Source: Candidatus Woesearchaeota archaeon (lineage in GTDB: Archaea; Nanobdellota; Nanobdellia; Woesearchaeales; ARS49). From it: 58,824 nt of DNA. The stretch is from assembly GCA_016929895.1 (NCBI GenBank), contig JAFGHW010000017.1, positions 1-58,824 on the forward strand. Direction: 5' to 3'. The notes below the pieces were generated by a model that was not told the DNA's origin, searched no databases, and worked only from the letters and a program-made list of their open reading frames with translations. Position 1 is the first letter of the stretch, and each line of letters starts with the position of its first letter. The translations under genes and the position numbers were made by a program. Below are positions 28,753-38,814 of this stretch, piece after piece.

Positions 28753-28866
28753 TTTCTGGCCAATAGCGCGCTTTGTTAAGAAATAAAAATACAACTTTCA
28801 AACCGCGATACACATAAATCGAATACATATTCGATAACTTCGCTAGGCGCTATTGGCCTGGTGATT
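28745..28866. mobile_element. MITE-like palindromic element
   Basis: Perfect 12-bp inverted repeat GGCCAATAGCGC (28758-28769 / 28847-28858), flanking direct repeat CCTGGTGATT (28745-28754 / 28857-28866), internal palindrome ATCGAATA-CA-TATTCGAT. Confidence 0.45.
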
Positions 28867-28903
28867 AACAAAATTTATAAATAAACTATGTTCTTTTTGT
28901 TTA

Positions 28904-29782
28904 ATGCCAAAAGTAAGCATAATCGGGGCGGGAAATGTTGGGGCAACAGCTGCTCTTTACTTCTTAAAAAAACAAATAGCAAAACAAATCATTTTATTAG
29001 ACATAAACCATTCATTAGCAAAAGGAAAAGCAGAAGACCTGAATGATTTTCGCGATATTTCTGATGCAAAGATAAAAGGAACAAATGATTATTCTGAGAT
29101 CAGAAATTCAGATGTGATTATTATAACCGCGGGCAAACCACGGGAGAAAAACAGCGAAACAACAAGAGAAGAATTATTTGCTGTAAACTCTAAAACCATA
29201 AAAGAAATAGCCTTGCAAATCAAAAAATACTCTCCTAACTCAATTGTATTAACAGTAACAAATCCAGTAGACAAAATGAATGGAATAATTTATTCTATCC
29301 TAGGAAATAGAAAAAAAGCAATAGGTGTTGGCAGTTTATTAGATACTTTCAGATTAAAAAATCAGATTTGCGAGCAAACAAATGCATACCATATAGATAC
29401 TATGGTTATTGGGCCGCATAATGACAAAATGATTCCCTTGTTCAGCAGGACTAAAATACATGATAAGCCAATAACAGAATATTGCTCTGCAAAAGAATTA
29501 GAAGAAATAGCGCAAAAAACAAGGCAAAGAGGAAAAGAAATAGTAGACCTAATGGGAAGCGGGTATTATGCAATTGCAAAAGCAATACAAGTCATGACAA
29601 ATGCTATTATCAACAATACTAATGAAGAAATTCCAGCAAGTGTGAATTTAGAAGGCGAGTATGGTATTAATGGAATTAGTTTGGGGGTCCCAATTCGATT
29701 AGGCAAAAACGGAGCAGAAGTAGTTGAAAAAGAATTTGAAGAGAAAAGCCAATTATTAGAAGCTGCTGAAAGAATGAAGTGA
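28904..29782 (+). CDS. mdh: LDH-like malate dehydrogenase
   Basis: IIGAGNVG, TAGKPR (Arg at the MDH specificity position), VTNPVD, LDTFR, GPHND. Confidence 0.88.
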   Translation: MPKVSIIGAGNVGATAALYFLKKQIAKQIILLDINHSLAKGKAEDLNDFRDISDAKIKGTNDYSEIRNSDVIIITAGKPREKNSETTREELFAVNSKTIKEIALQIKKYSPNSIVLTVTNPVDKMNGIIYSILGNRKKAIGVGSLLDTFRLKNQICEQTNAYHIDTMVIGPHNDKMIPLFSRTKIHDKPITEYCSAKELEEIAQKTRQRGKEIVDLMGSGYYAIAKAIQVMTNAIINNTNEEIPASVNLEGEYGINGISLGVPIRLGKNGAEVVEKEFEEKSQLLEAAERMK

Positions 29783-29899
29783 TTATTTAAAAGGCAAATC
29801 CTTTTCTTCCAAAGAATCAAATTCTTTATCATCGGAATAAGAGTCTTTTTTAGCTTCATCAATTTCTTTATCCTTGTTTTTAATGAAGCGAGTTCTCAT
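29783..29899 (-). CDS. Putative 38-aa acidic micro-protein (MRTRFIKNKDKEIDEAKKDSYSDDKEFDSLEEKDLPFK)
   Basis: Hand translation; GAAATGTTTATATA promoter about 26 nt upstream; stop abuts the mdh stop. Confidence 0.45.
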   Translation of the reverse strand: MRTRFIKNKDKEIDEAKKDSYSDDKEFDSLEEKDLPFK

Positions 29900-29944
29900 C
29901 AAAGTATAATTAGGAGAGTTTATGTATATAAACATTTCTAAAAA

Positions 29945-30739
29945 TTATCCACCAGCACTTGTATAACTCTTAATTGCCCAGTTCCACAGAAATATAGAGA
30001 AAATCACAAAACCAATCACAGGAAGAAATACTGAAAGCAATAACTTAGGTGAAACGCCTCTGAGCAAAACAATTGAAGGATAAAAAGAACTAACACCAAT
30101 AGGCAACAAAAAAGTAAAAAAGAACTGAATACCAAAAGTATAAACACTTAAAGGATACCTAACAAAATCAGAAATTTTAAAATACAAATGCATCAAAGCA
30201 TCTGATTTAACAACCAAAAAAGCCAAAGAACTAATCAAAATCGCAATGCCTATCTGCATTGCAAAACCTGCGATAATCATAGCCAAATAAAACAAGAAAT
30301 TAAAGGACAAAAAGCTTATCCCTATTGTTGCCATGGAATAAACAATAGTGATAATACCAACTGCAATTTCAGCCAAGCCCTCCATGTAAAAAGATTCTGC
30401 CAAAAGATACAACAAAACATTAAACGGCTTAATCAAATATTTATCAAATTCTCCTTCTCTTATATTATTAATAACTTCATAAGGCATAACAATAGTAAAA
30501 GTATGACCCAAACCAAAAACAATCATCAGAGTTCCCTGAAACAACAAAAGTTCATGCATGGTCCAGCCAGGAATACCTAATGTAGCACTATAAATCAAAA
30601 CAGTCAGCACAGGACTAACTAAATCGGCCAGAGAAACAGCAAAACACTTAAGATAAAAATTCATCTTATAAGCCATATCTCCTGCCAATGCCATGCCAAT
30701 GGTTCTTTTCTCAATCCTGAAAAACTTAAGCAAACTCAT
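29945..30739 (-). CDS. ABC-2 family exporter permease (COG3694-like)
   Basis: IPGWTMHE, IREGEFDKYLIKP, RYPLSVY, YTSAGG. Confidence 0.88.
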   Translation of the reverse strand: MSLLKFFRIEKRTIGMALAGDMAYKMNFYLKCFAVSLADLVSPVLTVLIYSATLGIPGWTMHELLLFQGTLMIVFGLGHTFTIVMPYEVINNIREGEFDKYLIKPFNVLLYLLAESFYMEGLAEIAVGIITIVYSMATIGISFLSFNFLFYLAMIIAGFAMQIGIAILISSLAFLVVKSDALMHLYFKISDFVRYPLSVYTFGIQFFFTFLLPIGVSSFYPSIVLLRGVSPKLLLSVFLPVIGFVIFSIFLWNWAIKSYTSAGG

Positions 30740-31542
30740 ACTCCTGCACCTGCAAACTGCCTAAATGCCCTTTTATAGATATAAATACTAAGCAAGTACA
30801 AACCAATAATCCACGCTACTTGAATACCAACTTTAATCAAAACTCCAATATTACTGTAAGCAGCCAAGTAAATATTAATAGGGACATATCTCAAGTATTC
30901 AAAAGGCAAATAATGCAAAACTGTCTGAACAGATTCTGGGAAAAAAGCCAGAGGAATCATTCCGCCGCTAAGGAACAATAATAAAGTTCTTCTTACTTTT
31001 CTAATGCCGTCAATCTTTTTCAGCCAAAAAGAGCTTAATCCCACATTAAAAGTCAAAAGAAAAGTTAGGAAAAAAGCCAAAATCACAGAAACAAGAAACA
31101 TTATGATATTGAATAATGGAGCTACTTCTAATCCAAAGAAAACAAATCCAATTATAAAAACAGGAATTATTTCTAAAATCAACCCCAAAGAATTCATGCC
31201 AATCTCAAAAGCCAAATGCTGCCATAAAAACTTCATAGGGTAAACAAACATTGTGATAACATGACCTCTGCGAACATCCTGAGAAATCCATTTGTCAGTA
31301 TCGCACCACACAAAAAACCCAACAATCATGCTTAAAACATAATAATTAACCATTGCTGGAAAAGTAAAGCCTCTAATAATCTCTTGTCCGGTGTAGTCAT
31401 AAATGGAAAGCCAAAGATAGTAAAAAATAATCAAGGATATCGGAGTTGTCAGCATAGCTATAATAAAATTAAACCTATACTTAAGCCCGACTTTCCAACC
31501 AGCTTTAGCCTGCGCAAAATAATGCCTAAAACTGCTTATCAT
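30736..31542 (-). CDS. ABC-2 family exporter permease (COG4587-like)
   Basis: YRFNF, DVRRG, LSGGMIPLAFFP, LPF…PINIY. Confidence 0.88.
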   Translation of the reverse strand: MISSFRHYFAQAKAGWKVGLKYRFNFIIAMLTTPISLIIFYYLWLSIYDYTGQEIIRGFTFPAMVNYYVLSMIVGFFVWCDTDKWISQDVRRGHVITMFVYPMKFLWQHLAFEIGMNSLGLILEIIPVFIIGFVFFGLEVAPLFNIIMFLVSVILAFFLTFLLTFNVGLSSFWLKKIDGIRKVRRTLLLFLSGGMIPLAFFPESVQTVLHYLPFEYLRYVPINIYLAAYSNIGVLIKVGIQVAWIIGLYLLSIYIYKRAFRQFAGAGV

Positions 31543-32525
31543 TTCCTTTTCTCCCTGTAAATTTTCTGGATTATTTCTTCAATAGGCGGGTCCTGAACAA
31601 TGATATCTGCAACATCAAAGTTAGTGATTAAATAGTTTATTGCATTTTTTATTGTTTGTTTCTTTGTGTCTAATTCTATCTTAAGCTCGTATTCATCTTC
31701 TTTGATTATCTTACAGCCTGATAATTTAAACTTCTTTTTCAAATCATTAAACTTAACATCCAAATGCTTGTGTGTCAGATATTCTTTCTTGATTTTTTCA
31801 ATCGGGCCGTCGTAGACAATTACTCCGTAATTTATGATAATTATTCGTTTGCATAATTTCTCAATATCGCCCATGTCGTGAGTGGTAACAATAAATGTTG
31901 TTTTAAACTTTTTATTAATATCAACAATAAAATCCCTAAACCTATCCTTGGCAATAACATCCAAGCCAATAGAAGGCTCATCCAAAAAGACCAACTTAGG
32001 ATTATGCAACAAAGCTGCAATCAGTTTGCACTTCATACGCTCTCCTAAAGATAAATCCCGAGTAGGAGTATGAACTACTTCTTCAACATCTAATAATTTA
32101 ATCATGTGATTCAAACGCTTTTTGAACTCATATTCAGGGATATCGTAAACATCCTTATTAAGCCAATAAGTATCCAAAGGAGGCAAGTCCCAATGCAATT
32201 GAGGCTTTTGCCCGAAAACAACACCGATATTTTTAACATATTTAACCCGGTCTTTCCAGGGAATAAATCCTAAACTATTAACACTGCCAGAAGTAGGATG
32301 CAAAACGCCAGATAAAGCCTTAATAGTAGTAGATTTTCCAGCACCGTTAGGGCCTATAAAACCAACTATTTCTCCTTCCTTAATACTAAAATTGACTCCC
32401 TGCAAAGCATGCTTGAGAACAATCTCTCGTTTAAATAGGGATTTAACTGCGTTAAAGAACCCTGCTTTTCTCCTATGAGTTTTGTAAGTTTTTTTCAGGT
32501 CGTTTACACAAATAACGGTTTCCAT
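31539..32525 (-). CDS. ABC transporter ATP-binding protein (COG4586-like)
   Basis: GPNGAGKS, VFGQK, LSLGERMK, FLDEPSIGLD, TTHDM. Confidence 0.93.
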   Translation of the reverse strand: METVICVNDLKKTYKTHRRKAGFFNAVKSLFKREIVLKHALQGVNFSIKEGEIVGFIGPNGAGKSTTIKALSGVLHPTSGSVNSLGFIPWKDRVKYVKNIGVVFGQKPQLHWDLPPLDTYWLNKDVYDIPEYEFKKRLNHMIKLLDVEEVVHTPTRDLSLGERMKCKLIAALLHNPKLVFLDEPSIGLDVIAKDRFRDFIVDINKKFKTTFIVTTHDMGDIEKLCKRIIIINYGVIVYDGPIEKIKKEYLTHKHLDVKFNDLKKKFKLSGCKIIKEDEYELKIELDTKKQTIKNAINYLITNFDVADIIVQDPPIEEIIQKIYREKRK

Positions 32526-32922
32526 ATTGTTCGCCTCTTCTTAGTTTTTAATAAATTTTGTAATGCTTGAAACATAGTAATTTTAGGTTTGACTGGGGAG
32601 TCGACAAAAAAAGAATTTAAACTAAGGAAATCAATGTGTTATATTAATTTAATTTCCATAGTTATCACGAACAGCAAGGAAGATGTTTATGTATTTAAAA
32701 TTTTGGGTTTGAGAAGCTAGAATGAAATAATCTGAATAAATCCTTATTTGTCAAGTAATCATCTTCTAAAATATTCCTGAAAAAGATAAAAAATGGAATA
32801 TCCTTTCAGAAATCTGGGGAGATTTGGAAAAAAAACCCATTGTATTCATATAGATGAAATTCTGGTGTTATCCAGAATAAGGATAAGATATTTATATTCA
32901 AATGGTAATATATTCCAATAAA

Positions 32923-33369
32923 ATGAAAATAACTGAAAAAGATATGAAAATACTTGCCAAATTGGGAGAGAATTCCAAGAATACAGTAGTTCAAATATCT
33001 GCGCAAACAGGAGTTCCAGTAACAACAGTACATAATAGAATCAAGCGAATGGAGAGAGCGGGAGTTATTAAGAAATACACTCTGGAATTAAATCATTCTA
33101 TTTTAGGCAATGCATTAACAGCCTATTTAATGATACACACAACAACAATGCTGGCAAATGGATTAAAAGTAAGCCAGGAACAAATAGCCAAAGAAATCAA
33201 AGAAATAAACAATATAGAAAAAGTAGAATTATTAGCAGGCCATGGAGACATCCTTGTGAAAGTAAGAGTAAAAGACACTACTGAATTGAATGAAACAGTA
33301 ATGCAAAAAATAAGAAAAATAGACGGTGTTGATAAAACACAGACTATGGTTGTTTTGAACGAGTTCTAA
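32923..33369 (+). CDS. Lrp/AsnC family transcriptional regulator
   Basis: wHTH (TTVHNRIKRMERAGVIKKY) and RAM domain (GHGDILVKV, IDGVDKTQT). Start 32902 is also possible. Confidence 0.92.
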   Translation: MKITEKDMKILAKLGENSKNTVVQISAQTGVPVTTVHNRIKRMERAGVIKKYTLELNHSILGNALTAYLMIHTTTMLANGLKVSQEQIAKEIKEINNIEKVELLAGHGDILVKVRVKDTTELNETVMQKIRKIDGVDKTQTMVVLNEF

Positions 33370-35762
33370 TCAAACGTAGGACCCCAGTCAATTTTACCAG
33401 ATTCTTTTTTTCTAATCTTTCTTATTCCGTAGACAGAACCAATCACCAGACCAACTGTTGTTAATAGTATAATCAACCATTTAGCACTTGTATTGCCAAA
33501 GATTCCAGTAACACTGCCGGTTATAGCAGGAACTCTTGGCTCTTGTTCAGGAATCTCTTCTTCAATTTCTTCACCAGTCTCTTCAATTAATTCTGAATTA
33601 GAAGAGTCAGGTTTTGGAATACTATCTGTATCTGAAGATGATTCATCAGTTCCTCCTGAAGGAGGATTATAGTTTGCTGAAAGATCACCATAACCACTAC
33701 TGCCGCCATAGTTTTGCTGAGCAGGGCTTGCAACACTAAAAGAAACTGTTTTTTTGTAAACCAAACTATTAACAGTATAACCAACAGTAACTTCATAATC
33801 ACCGTCATTCGCAGGCGCTGTGAACGAATAACTAAATTCAGAATTATCATCCAAGCTTGCATCAGTAGAACCATCAGGATATGACACTGTAACAATTCCT
33901 GTGACTCCTGAAGAATCATCCCTTAATACAGAACCAGTAACAATAATCTCTTCACCAGGAGAAACACTGTAACCAGACAACTGGACATTAATATCATATG
34001 ATTCAACAACGGCAAATTCATCAAAAGCACTATTTTCCTGGTTATTGCTATCAGTTGCGTAAACAGTAACAATATAATCACCAAGAACCATTCCAGAATC
34101 CAAATTAAAAACTCCAGAATAAACATCACCATTAGCACTTAATATCTTTTCAGTACCTTCAAAGACAGCCTTAACTTCACTAATACTGCTGATATCAGTA
34201 ACAGTTGCCTGAACATTTAAATCAGAACCCCGGGCAACATAGGTAATATCCTCAATAACAATATCAGGACCTGTTAAATCCTCTGCAACAGCAGACATCT
34301 GCTCTGACTGAACAGAATTACCAATATCATCAACACAAAGCATATACCAGGTAAATCCGCCCAAAGGCAAAGCAACCTGAATAGTTGATTCTTCGCCAGA
34401 AGTTAAATCCTGAGAAACAGGACTTGAAACACTAGTACTCAAAGCACACTCAATCTCAGTATCAAAATTATCAGTCACTTTAACAACAAAATTACCATGA
34501 TAATCAAAAGATTCATTGTTCAATGGACTAATTACCTCGATTACAGGCGCTTCTCTGTCAACAAAAAACTCAAAGTTTTCAACAGCAGTATTTCCTGCCT
34601 TGTCAGTTGCAGTAACAGTCAATGTATTCCATGCATCAGGCCAATTACTTGAATCCAAATCAGCACTGTAATCAACAGAATCAATCTCAAAATTATCCTC
34701 AACAGTTAAATCAATTACTGCATCTTTAATCGCAGAACCATTAACAGGACTGTTTAAAACAATTGTTGGAGCAGTAATGTCATAAATAAATGAATCCTGG
34801 TCTTCACCTTCTAAACCAACAGCATCAGAACAAATAACCTTCCAATCATGCATTTCTTCGCTAACATTAACTTCCAGAGAGAAAGCATTAGTTCCTTCAA
34901 AAGCCTCAACTTCCTGAACAAAAACATTATCAATTTCCATCTGGCACTCAAATTGAGCAGCCTTATTGTCAGAAACATCAAACCTGAACATATTTGTAGC
35001 ATAACTATTATCCACAGGAGATAACAAATTTACAGTTGGAGGAGTTTCATCAAAACCAAAAGAACCAGTAATTACAGACGAATCTCCGGCATTATTAGTA
35101 ATCGTAACAGTAAAACAGGCAGTATCATCCTCTCCATAGGCTGAAAAATCAGCATTCCCACTGCAAAAGCCATTATTACAGCTTAACATAACATTAGAAC
35201 TATTTGAATAACAATCACTAAAAACATAGCTAACTGATTTAATACCTGTTTCAGGGTCAGAAGCATTAATCCTAATTTCCTGGTCTGGCTTGTATGCCCT
35301 GACATAACCATTATCAGCAGGAAAAACATCATTTAAAACAGGGGCAGACGAATCATTAAGAACAGTAACATTAATTTTAAAATCTTCAAAAACCAAATTA
35401 GCATATCTTAATTCGCCGCTTAATTCATATGTACTATCCTGGTCAACCAAAGGAGCATTAGCAGTAAAAACAAACAATGCACTATCAACATTGGTTTCAA
35501 TAGTTCCATCAGACCAAGTGACTCGCGAGGAAGAAAAATCACTAGTCCAACCAATAAATTGAAGAACATCCTGTATTTCTAAATCAGGGGAGTTAAGAAC
35601 AACTCTATTAATAACTTCACTGCCTAAATAATTATTAATCTTAACATTAAAATCAGCATCAACACTTTCATAAGTTTCTGCAGGAGATAAAGTCACTTGA
35701 GCTCCTAAAGCAAATGGTATTGCTAGAACAAAAATTGCTATGTATATAAAGACGTTTTTCAT
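33366..35762 (-). CDS. Acidic multi-Ig-like-domain surface protein with signal peptide and C-terminal TM anchor
   Basis: Repeated D-x-T/S-x-P-x-I/V and D-x-A-G-N motifs; low-complexity linker; TM helix near the C-terminus. Confidence 0.82.
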   Translation of the reverse strand: MKNVFIYIAIFVLAIPFALGAQVTLSPAETYESVDADFNVKINNYLGSEVINRVVLNSPDLEIQDVLQFIGWTSDFSSSRVTWSDGTIETNVDSALFVFTANAPLVDQDSTYELSGELRYANLVFEDFKINVTVLNDSSAPVLNDVFPADNGYVRAYKPDQEIRINASDPETGIKSVSYVFSDCYSNSSNVMLSCNNGFCSGNADFSAYGEDDTACFTVTITNNAGDSSVITGSFGFDETPPTVNLLSPVDNSYATNMFRFDVSDNKAAQFECQMEIDNVFVQEVEAFEGTNAFSLEVNVSEEMHDWKVICSDAVGLEGEDQDSFIYDITAPTIVLNSPVNGSAIKDAVIDLTVEDNFEIDSVDYSADLDSSNWPDAWNTLTVTATDKAGNTAVENFEFFVDREAPVIEVISPLNNESFDYHGNFVVKVTDNFDTEIECALSTSVSSPVSQDLTSGEESTIQVALPLGGFTWYMLCVDDIGNSVQSEQMSAVAEDLTGPDIVIEDITYVARGSDLNVQATVTDISSISEVKAVFEGTEKILSANGDVYSGVFNLDSGMVLGDYIVTVYATDSNNQENSAFDEFAVVESYDINVQLSGYSVSPGEEIIVTGSVLRDDSSGVTGIVTVSYPDGSTDASLDDNSEFSYSFTAPANDGDYEVTVGYTVNSLVYKKTVSFSVASPAQQNYGGSSGYGDLSANYNPPSGGTDESSSDTDSIPKPDSSNSELIEETGEEIEEEIPEQEPRVPAITGSVTGIFGNTSAKWLIILLTTVGLVIGSVYGIRKIRKKESGKIDWGPTFD

Positions 35763-35911
35763 CCTCTTTTTCCCTCGCAACAAGTATTTTTAACTATATA
35801 TAATGAATTACTATATAAATATATTGATTAGTATACTGGTTTCATGCATTTATTTTTGAGTAGTGATAAAAGATTTTAAACTCAAACAAGGATATACGTA
35901 ATGGGGGTAGT

Positions 35912-36379
35912 ATGAGAATTGAATTAGTATATGTTGGGATACTAATATTTATTTTGGGGTTTACAGTTAGTTCTCTGTTTGATTCAACAGAGCCTAGATT
36001 TGCCTCTGGAGGAACAGTAGATAGAGATAATCCTGCAGACCACATATCAGGCGATGAAATACATCTATACGCAGACAAACTGGTAATAGAGCAAAAAGGA
36101 TTACGATATGCCTCTGTTGAAGACACCAAATCAATGGAACCAATTTTAAGTTCAAATTCCCATGTAATAGAAACACAAGCAGACATAAATAAATTACAAA
36201 AAGGAGACATAATTTCATTTTCAAAAGAAGGGCAAGTAATAGTTCATTCGATTTTTGAAACAGGAACAGATTCAGAAGGATGGTATGCCTTAACAAAAGG
36301 ATATAATAATGATTTTATTGATAACTGGAAAGTTCGAGTTTCTGACTTAAAAGGAGTAGTTGTTGGGATTTTAAATTAG
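35912..36379 (+). CDS. S26 (Sec11-type) signal peptidase-like protein
   Basis: N-terminal TM helix, SMEP, GDIISF, IVH, TKGYNN…D. Confidence 0.75.
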   Translation: MRIELVYVGILIFILGFTVSSLFDSTEPRFASGGTVDRDNPADHISGDEIHLYADKLVIEQKGLRYASVEDTKSMEPILSSNSHVIETQADINKLQKGDIISFSKEGQVIVHSIFETGTDSEGWYALTKGYNNDFIDNWKVRVSDLKGVVVGILN

Positions 36380-36417
36380 GGGAATCATTAAATACTATCA
36401 TTATTTCTATATTTACT

Positions 36418-36960
36418 ATGAACGGCATAGACTTCGATAAAATAAGGCAGTTACCGCCAGAAGAAAAGATTAAAGTACTGCAAAGAATAGAAAACGAACT
36501 AAAAGAATTGATAAACCAAAGAAAAAAAGAAATAGAAAAAAGAAACACAGAAATAGAACAAGCAGAATCATTATTACAAGAAGCTGAAAAAGAATCCAGA
36601 ATTCTAGAAGAAATCAAAACACCAGAAATAAAAACAATAGATGTAAGCCAATTATTCCGTCCAGAAGAAAAAGGACTTGAAGGAATCGCAGCAACATTGC
36701 CATCAGAAGCTGAAAAAGCATCACAAATAGAAGAACTAAGCAGAAAACCAATGCAAGAACTATACAATACAGTTGTTGGAATAAAAACCGAAGTAGAAAA
36801 AACAGGAATAGAAACACTATATCAGCAGCAACAAATAGAACAAATCAATGAAGCAATGTATGAAAAACGAAAAGCAATGGAAAGCAGACAATACAATCCA
36901 ACACAAAAAGCAAGACATTTAATGACTGCTGCAGAGCAAATGATACAAAGTTATTTTTAA
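36418..36960 (+). CDS. Hypothetical coiled-coil protein (180 aa)
   Basis: E/K/Q-rich heptad ORF with host-like codon usage. Confidence 0.75.
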   Translation: MNGIDFDKIRQLPPEEKIKVLQRIENELKELINQRKKEIEKRNTEIEQAESLLQEAEKESRILEEIKTPEIKTIDVSQLFRPEEKGLEGIAATLPSEAEKASQIEELSRKPMQELYNTVVGIKTEVEKTGIETLYQQQQIEQINEAMYEKRKAMESRQYNPTQKARHLMTAAEQMIQSYF

Positions 36961-36982
36961 AAACAACGAAATAATTAAACAA

Positions 36983-37036
36983 TGAAAAATTGAAAATTTT
37001 TCAAGTTTAAAAGTTTCTTACGAAACTTTTAAATAC
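36983..37036. promoter_or_regulatory. Two perfect inverted repeats; the second overlaps the BRE/TATA of the TIM-barrel gene
   Basis: TGAAAAATT-GAA-AATTTTTCA (36983-37003) and TTTAAAAGTTTC-TTAC-GAAACTTTTAAA (37006-37033). Confidence 0.65.
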
Positions 37037-37062
37037 TCAATATACAAAAAGGTATACTGAAT

Positions 37063-38814
37063 ATGGTAGAATTTCAAACAGACTATTACACGCCAATGGA
37101 CAGGGAATACGAAGTAGGCATAGCCTCAGGAGTAGGAAAGCAAACAAAAATAGAAGAACCAATAGTCTCAATAGGAGAACTAGGACAAACAGTCCCAGAA
37201 ATAGATCCTGCAGGAAAATTCAAAAACATGGTGCAGGGAGTGCAAGCAGCAATGAGAGCAGGCTCAAAAAACATACAATTAGTAATGTCAACACCAGTAA
37301 CCAGCCCAATGGGAGGAAGGCCAAAAGCATATGGTCAAGAAGTAAGACAAGCAATGAAAGATGCATTCTTAGCAAATGACGCACGATTAATAGGAATAGA
37401 ACTACCAAGCTCAATGAACAATTTATCAGGCTTTGACCAGCAGCAAGGAGTATTCAGCGAAACAACAAGACAAAAACACATGGACGAAGTAAAAGAAGCA
37501 ATAAGATTTGCATCAGACGTGGGCCAAGGAGGAGGAATAGACGTAGTAAGCTGGGAATTCCAAAGACCAATAAGCAATATCGCGCCAGAATCAGAAGGAT
37601 TCCAGCCAGAAGAAGAAGAGGTTTTGCAAGTAGTAGACAGCAAAACAGGAAGAATAAATGCATTTAGAAAAAAAGAAGTAAGAATACACCTGCCATTTGA
37701 ACCAGGAACAGAAACACCTATAACAAAAGAAACAGAAAGAGGACTTCCAAAATTAGAACCATGGGAATGGGAAGACTTTGTTAATTTAGCCAAACAAAAA
37801 GGAACCAAACCTGAAAAAGAATTCATAGAAATGCAATTAAACGCTCAAATAGACACTTCTGAAGGATGGGCGGGACATTACGTTGCTGTTGCGGCACATG
37901 CCAAAAAAAGAGTTGACGAAGCTAAAGAAGCAGGAGAACCGCAAGAAGTGATAGATAAATTAGAAAGAGAATACAATTATGACAAACAATTAGCACAAGG
38001 ACAAGCACAACAAGCAGAAGAACTAAGAGAAAGAAAAAACCGAATGATGCCTGTATCAGAATATGCAAAACAAAAAGCAATAGAATCATATGCAGATTTA
38101 GGAATAGATGCAATGGATGAAACAAATAACAATCCAAAAGTAAGACATCCAATACATGTAGGTCCTGAAATAGGATGGCCGCATGCATATGGAGGACATC
38201 CAAAAGAATTTGTAGAACTAATACAAGAATCCAGGAAAAGAATGGTTGAAAAATTAGTTCATGATCCTAATAGAAAAATGTCTCTATCACAAGCTAAAAA
38301 AGAAGCACATGAACATATACAAGGAATGTTTGACACAGGACACCTAGGAATGTGGCTGGAACACTTTAAACCAAGAACAAGATACCAAGAAAGACTAAAA
38401 GAATTCAACAAATGGTTTATGAAACAAGTCGACATGATTGCAGACGCAGATGTTGTTGGAGGAATACAAGCAGTAGACTCTGCAGGAGCAGCACACGGGC
38501 ATTTGCCAGCAGGACAAGGAATATTTCCAGTAGTAGAAGCTGTTAAGACATTAAAACAAAAAGGATTCAAAGGATACATAGTATCAGAAGGACATGAAGA
38601 AGAACGATTTGGAGAAGGAAGAATATTATTAAAAACATGGCAGGCATTTAATGCACCAATAGAATCAAAATATGGTCCAGGAGTTCCTGCAAGACAATTC
38701 AATGACATTCACCAAGGATATTTTGGAAGAACAAAAGCACCAACACAAATGTTTGGTTCTTACACGCCGCCATTTGGAGAGTATAAACCTTGGTCTGAGA
38801 TTCCTTTTGAATGA
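37063..38814 (+). CDS. Xylose-isomerase/endonuclease IV-like TIM-barrel protein with a large helical insertion
   Basis: GPE, FDTGH, xxVD, HLPAGQG and VSEG match the metal-site pattern of the AP-endonuclease-2 superfamily. Confidence 0.7.
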   Translation: MVEFQTDYYTPMDREYEVGIASGVGKQTKIEEPIVSIGELGQTVPEIDPAGKFKNMVQGVQAAMRAGSKNIQLVMSTPVTSPMGGRPKAYGQEVRQAMKDAFLANDARLIGIELPSSMNNLSGFDQQQGVFSETTRQKHMDEVKEAIRFASDVGQGGGIDVVSWEFQRPISNIAPESEGFQPEEEEVLQVVDSKTGRINAFRKKEVRIHLPFEPGTETPITKETERGLPKLEPWEWEDFVNLAKQKGTKPEKEFIEMQLNAQIDTSEGWAGHYVAVAAHAKKRVDEAKEAGEPQEVIDKLEREYNYDKQLAQGQAQQAEELRERKNRMMPVSEYAKQKAIESYADLGIDAMDETNNNPKVRHPIHVGPEIGWPHAYGGHPKEFVELIQESRKRMVEKLVHDPNRKMSLSQAKKEAHEHIQGMFDTGHLGMWLEHFKPRTRYQERLKEFNKWFMKQVDMIADADVVGGIQAVDSAGAAHGHLPAGQGIFPVVEAVKTLKQKGFKGYIVSEGHEEERFGEGRILLKTWQAFNAPIESKYGPGVPARQFNDIHQGYFGRTKAPTQMFGSYTPPFGEYKPWSEIPFE

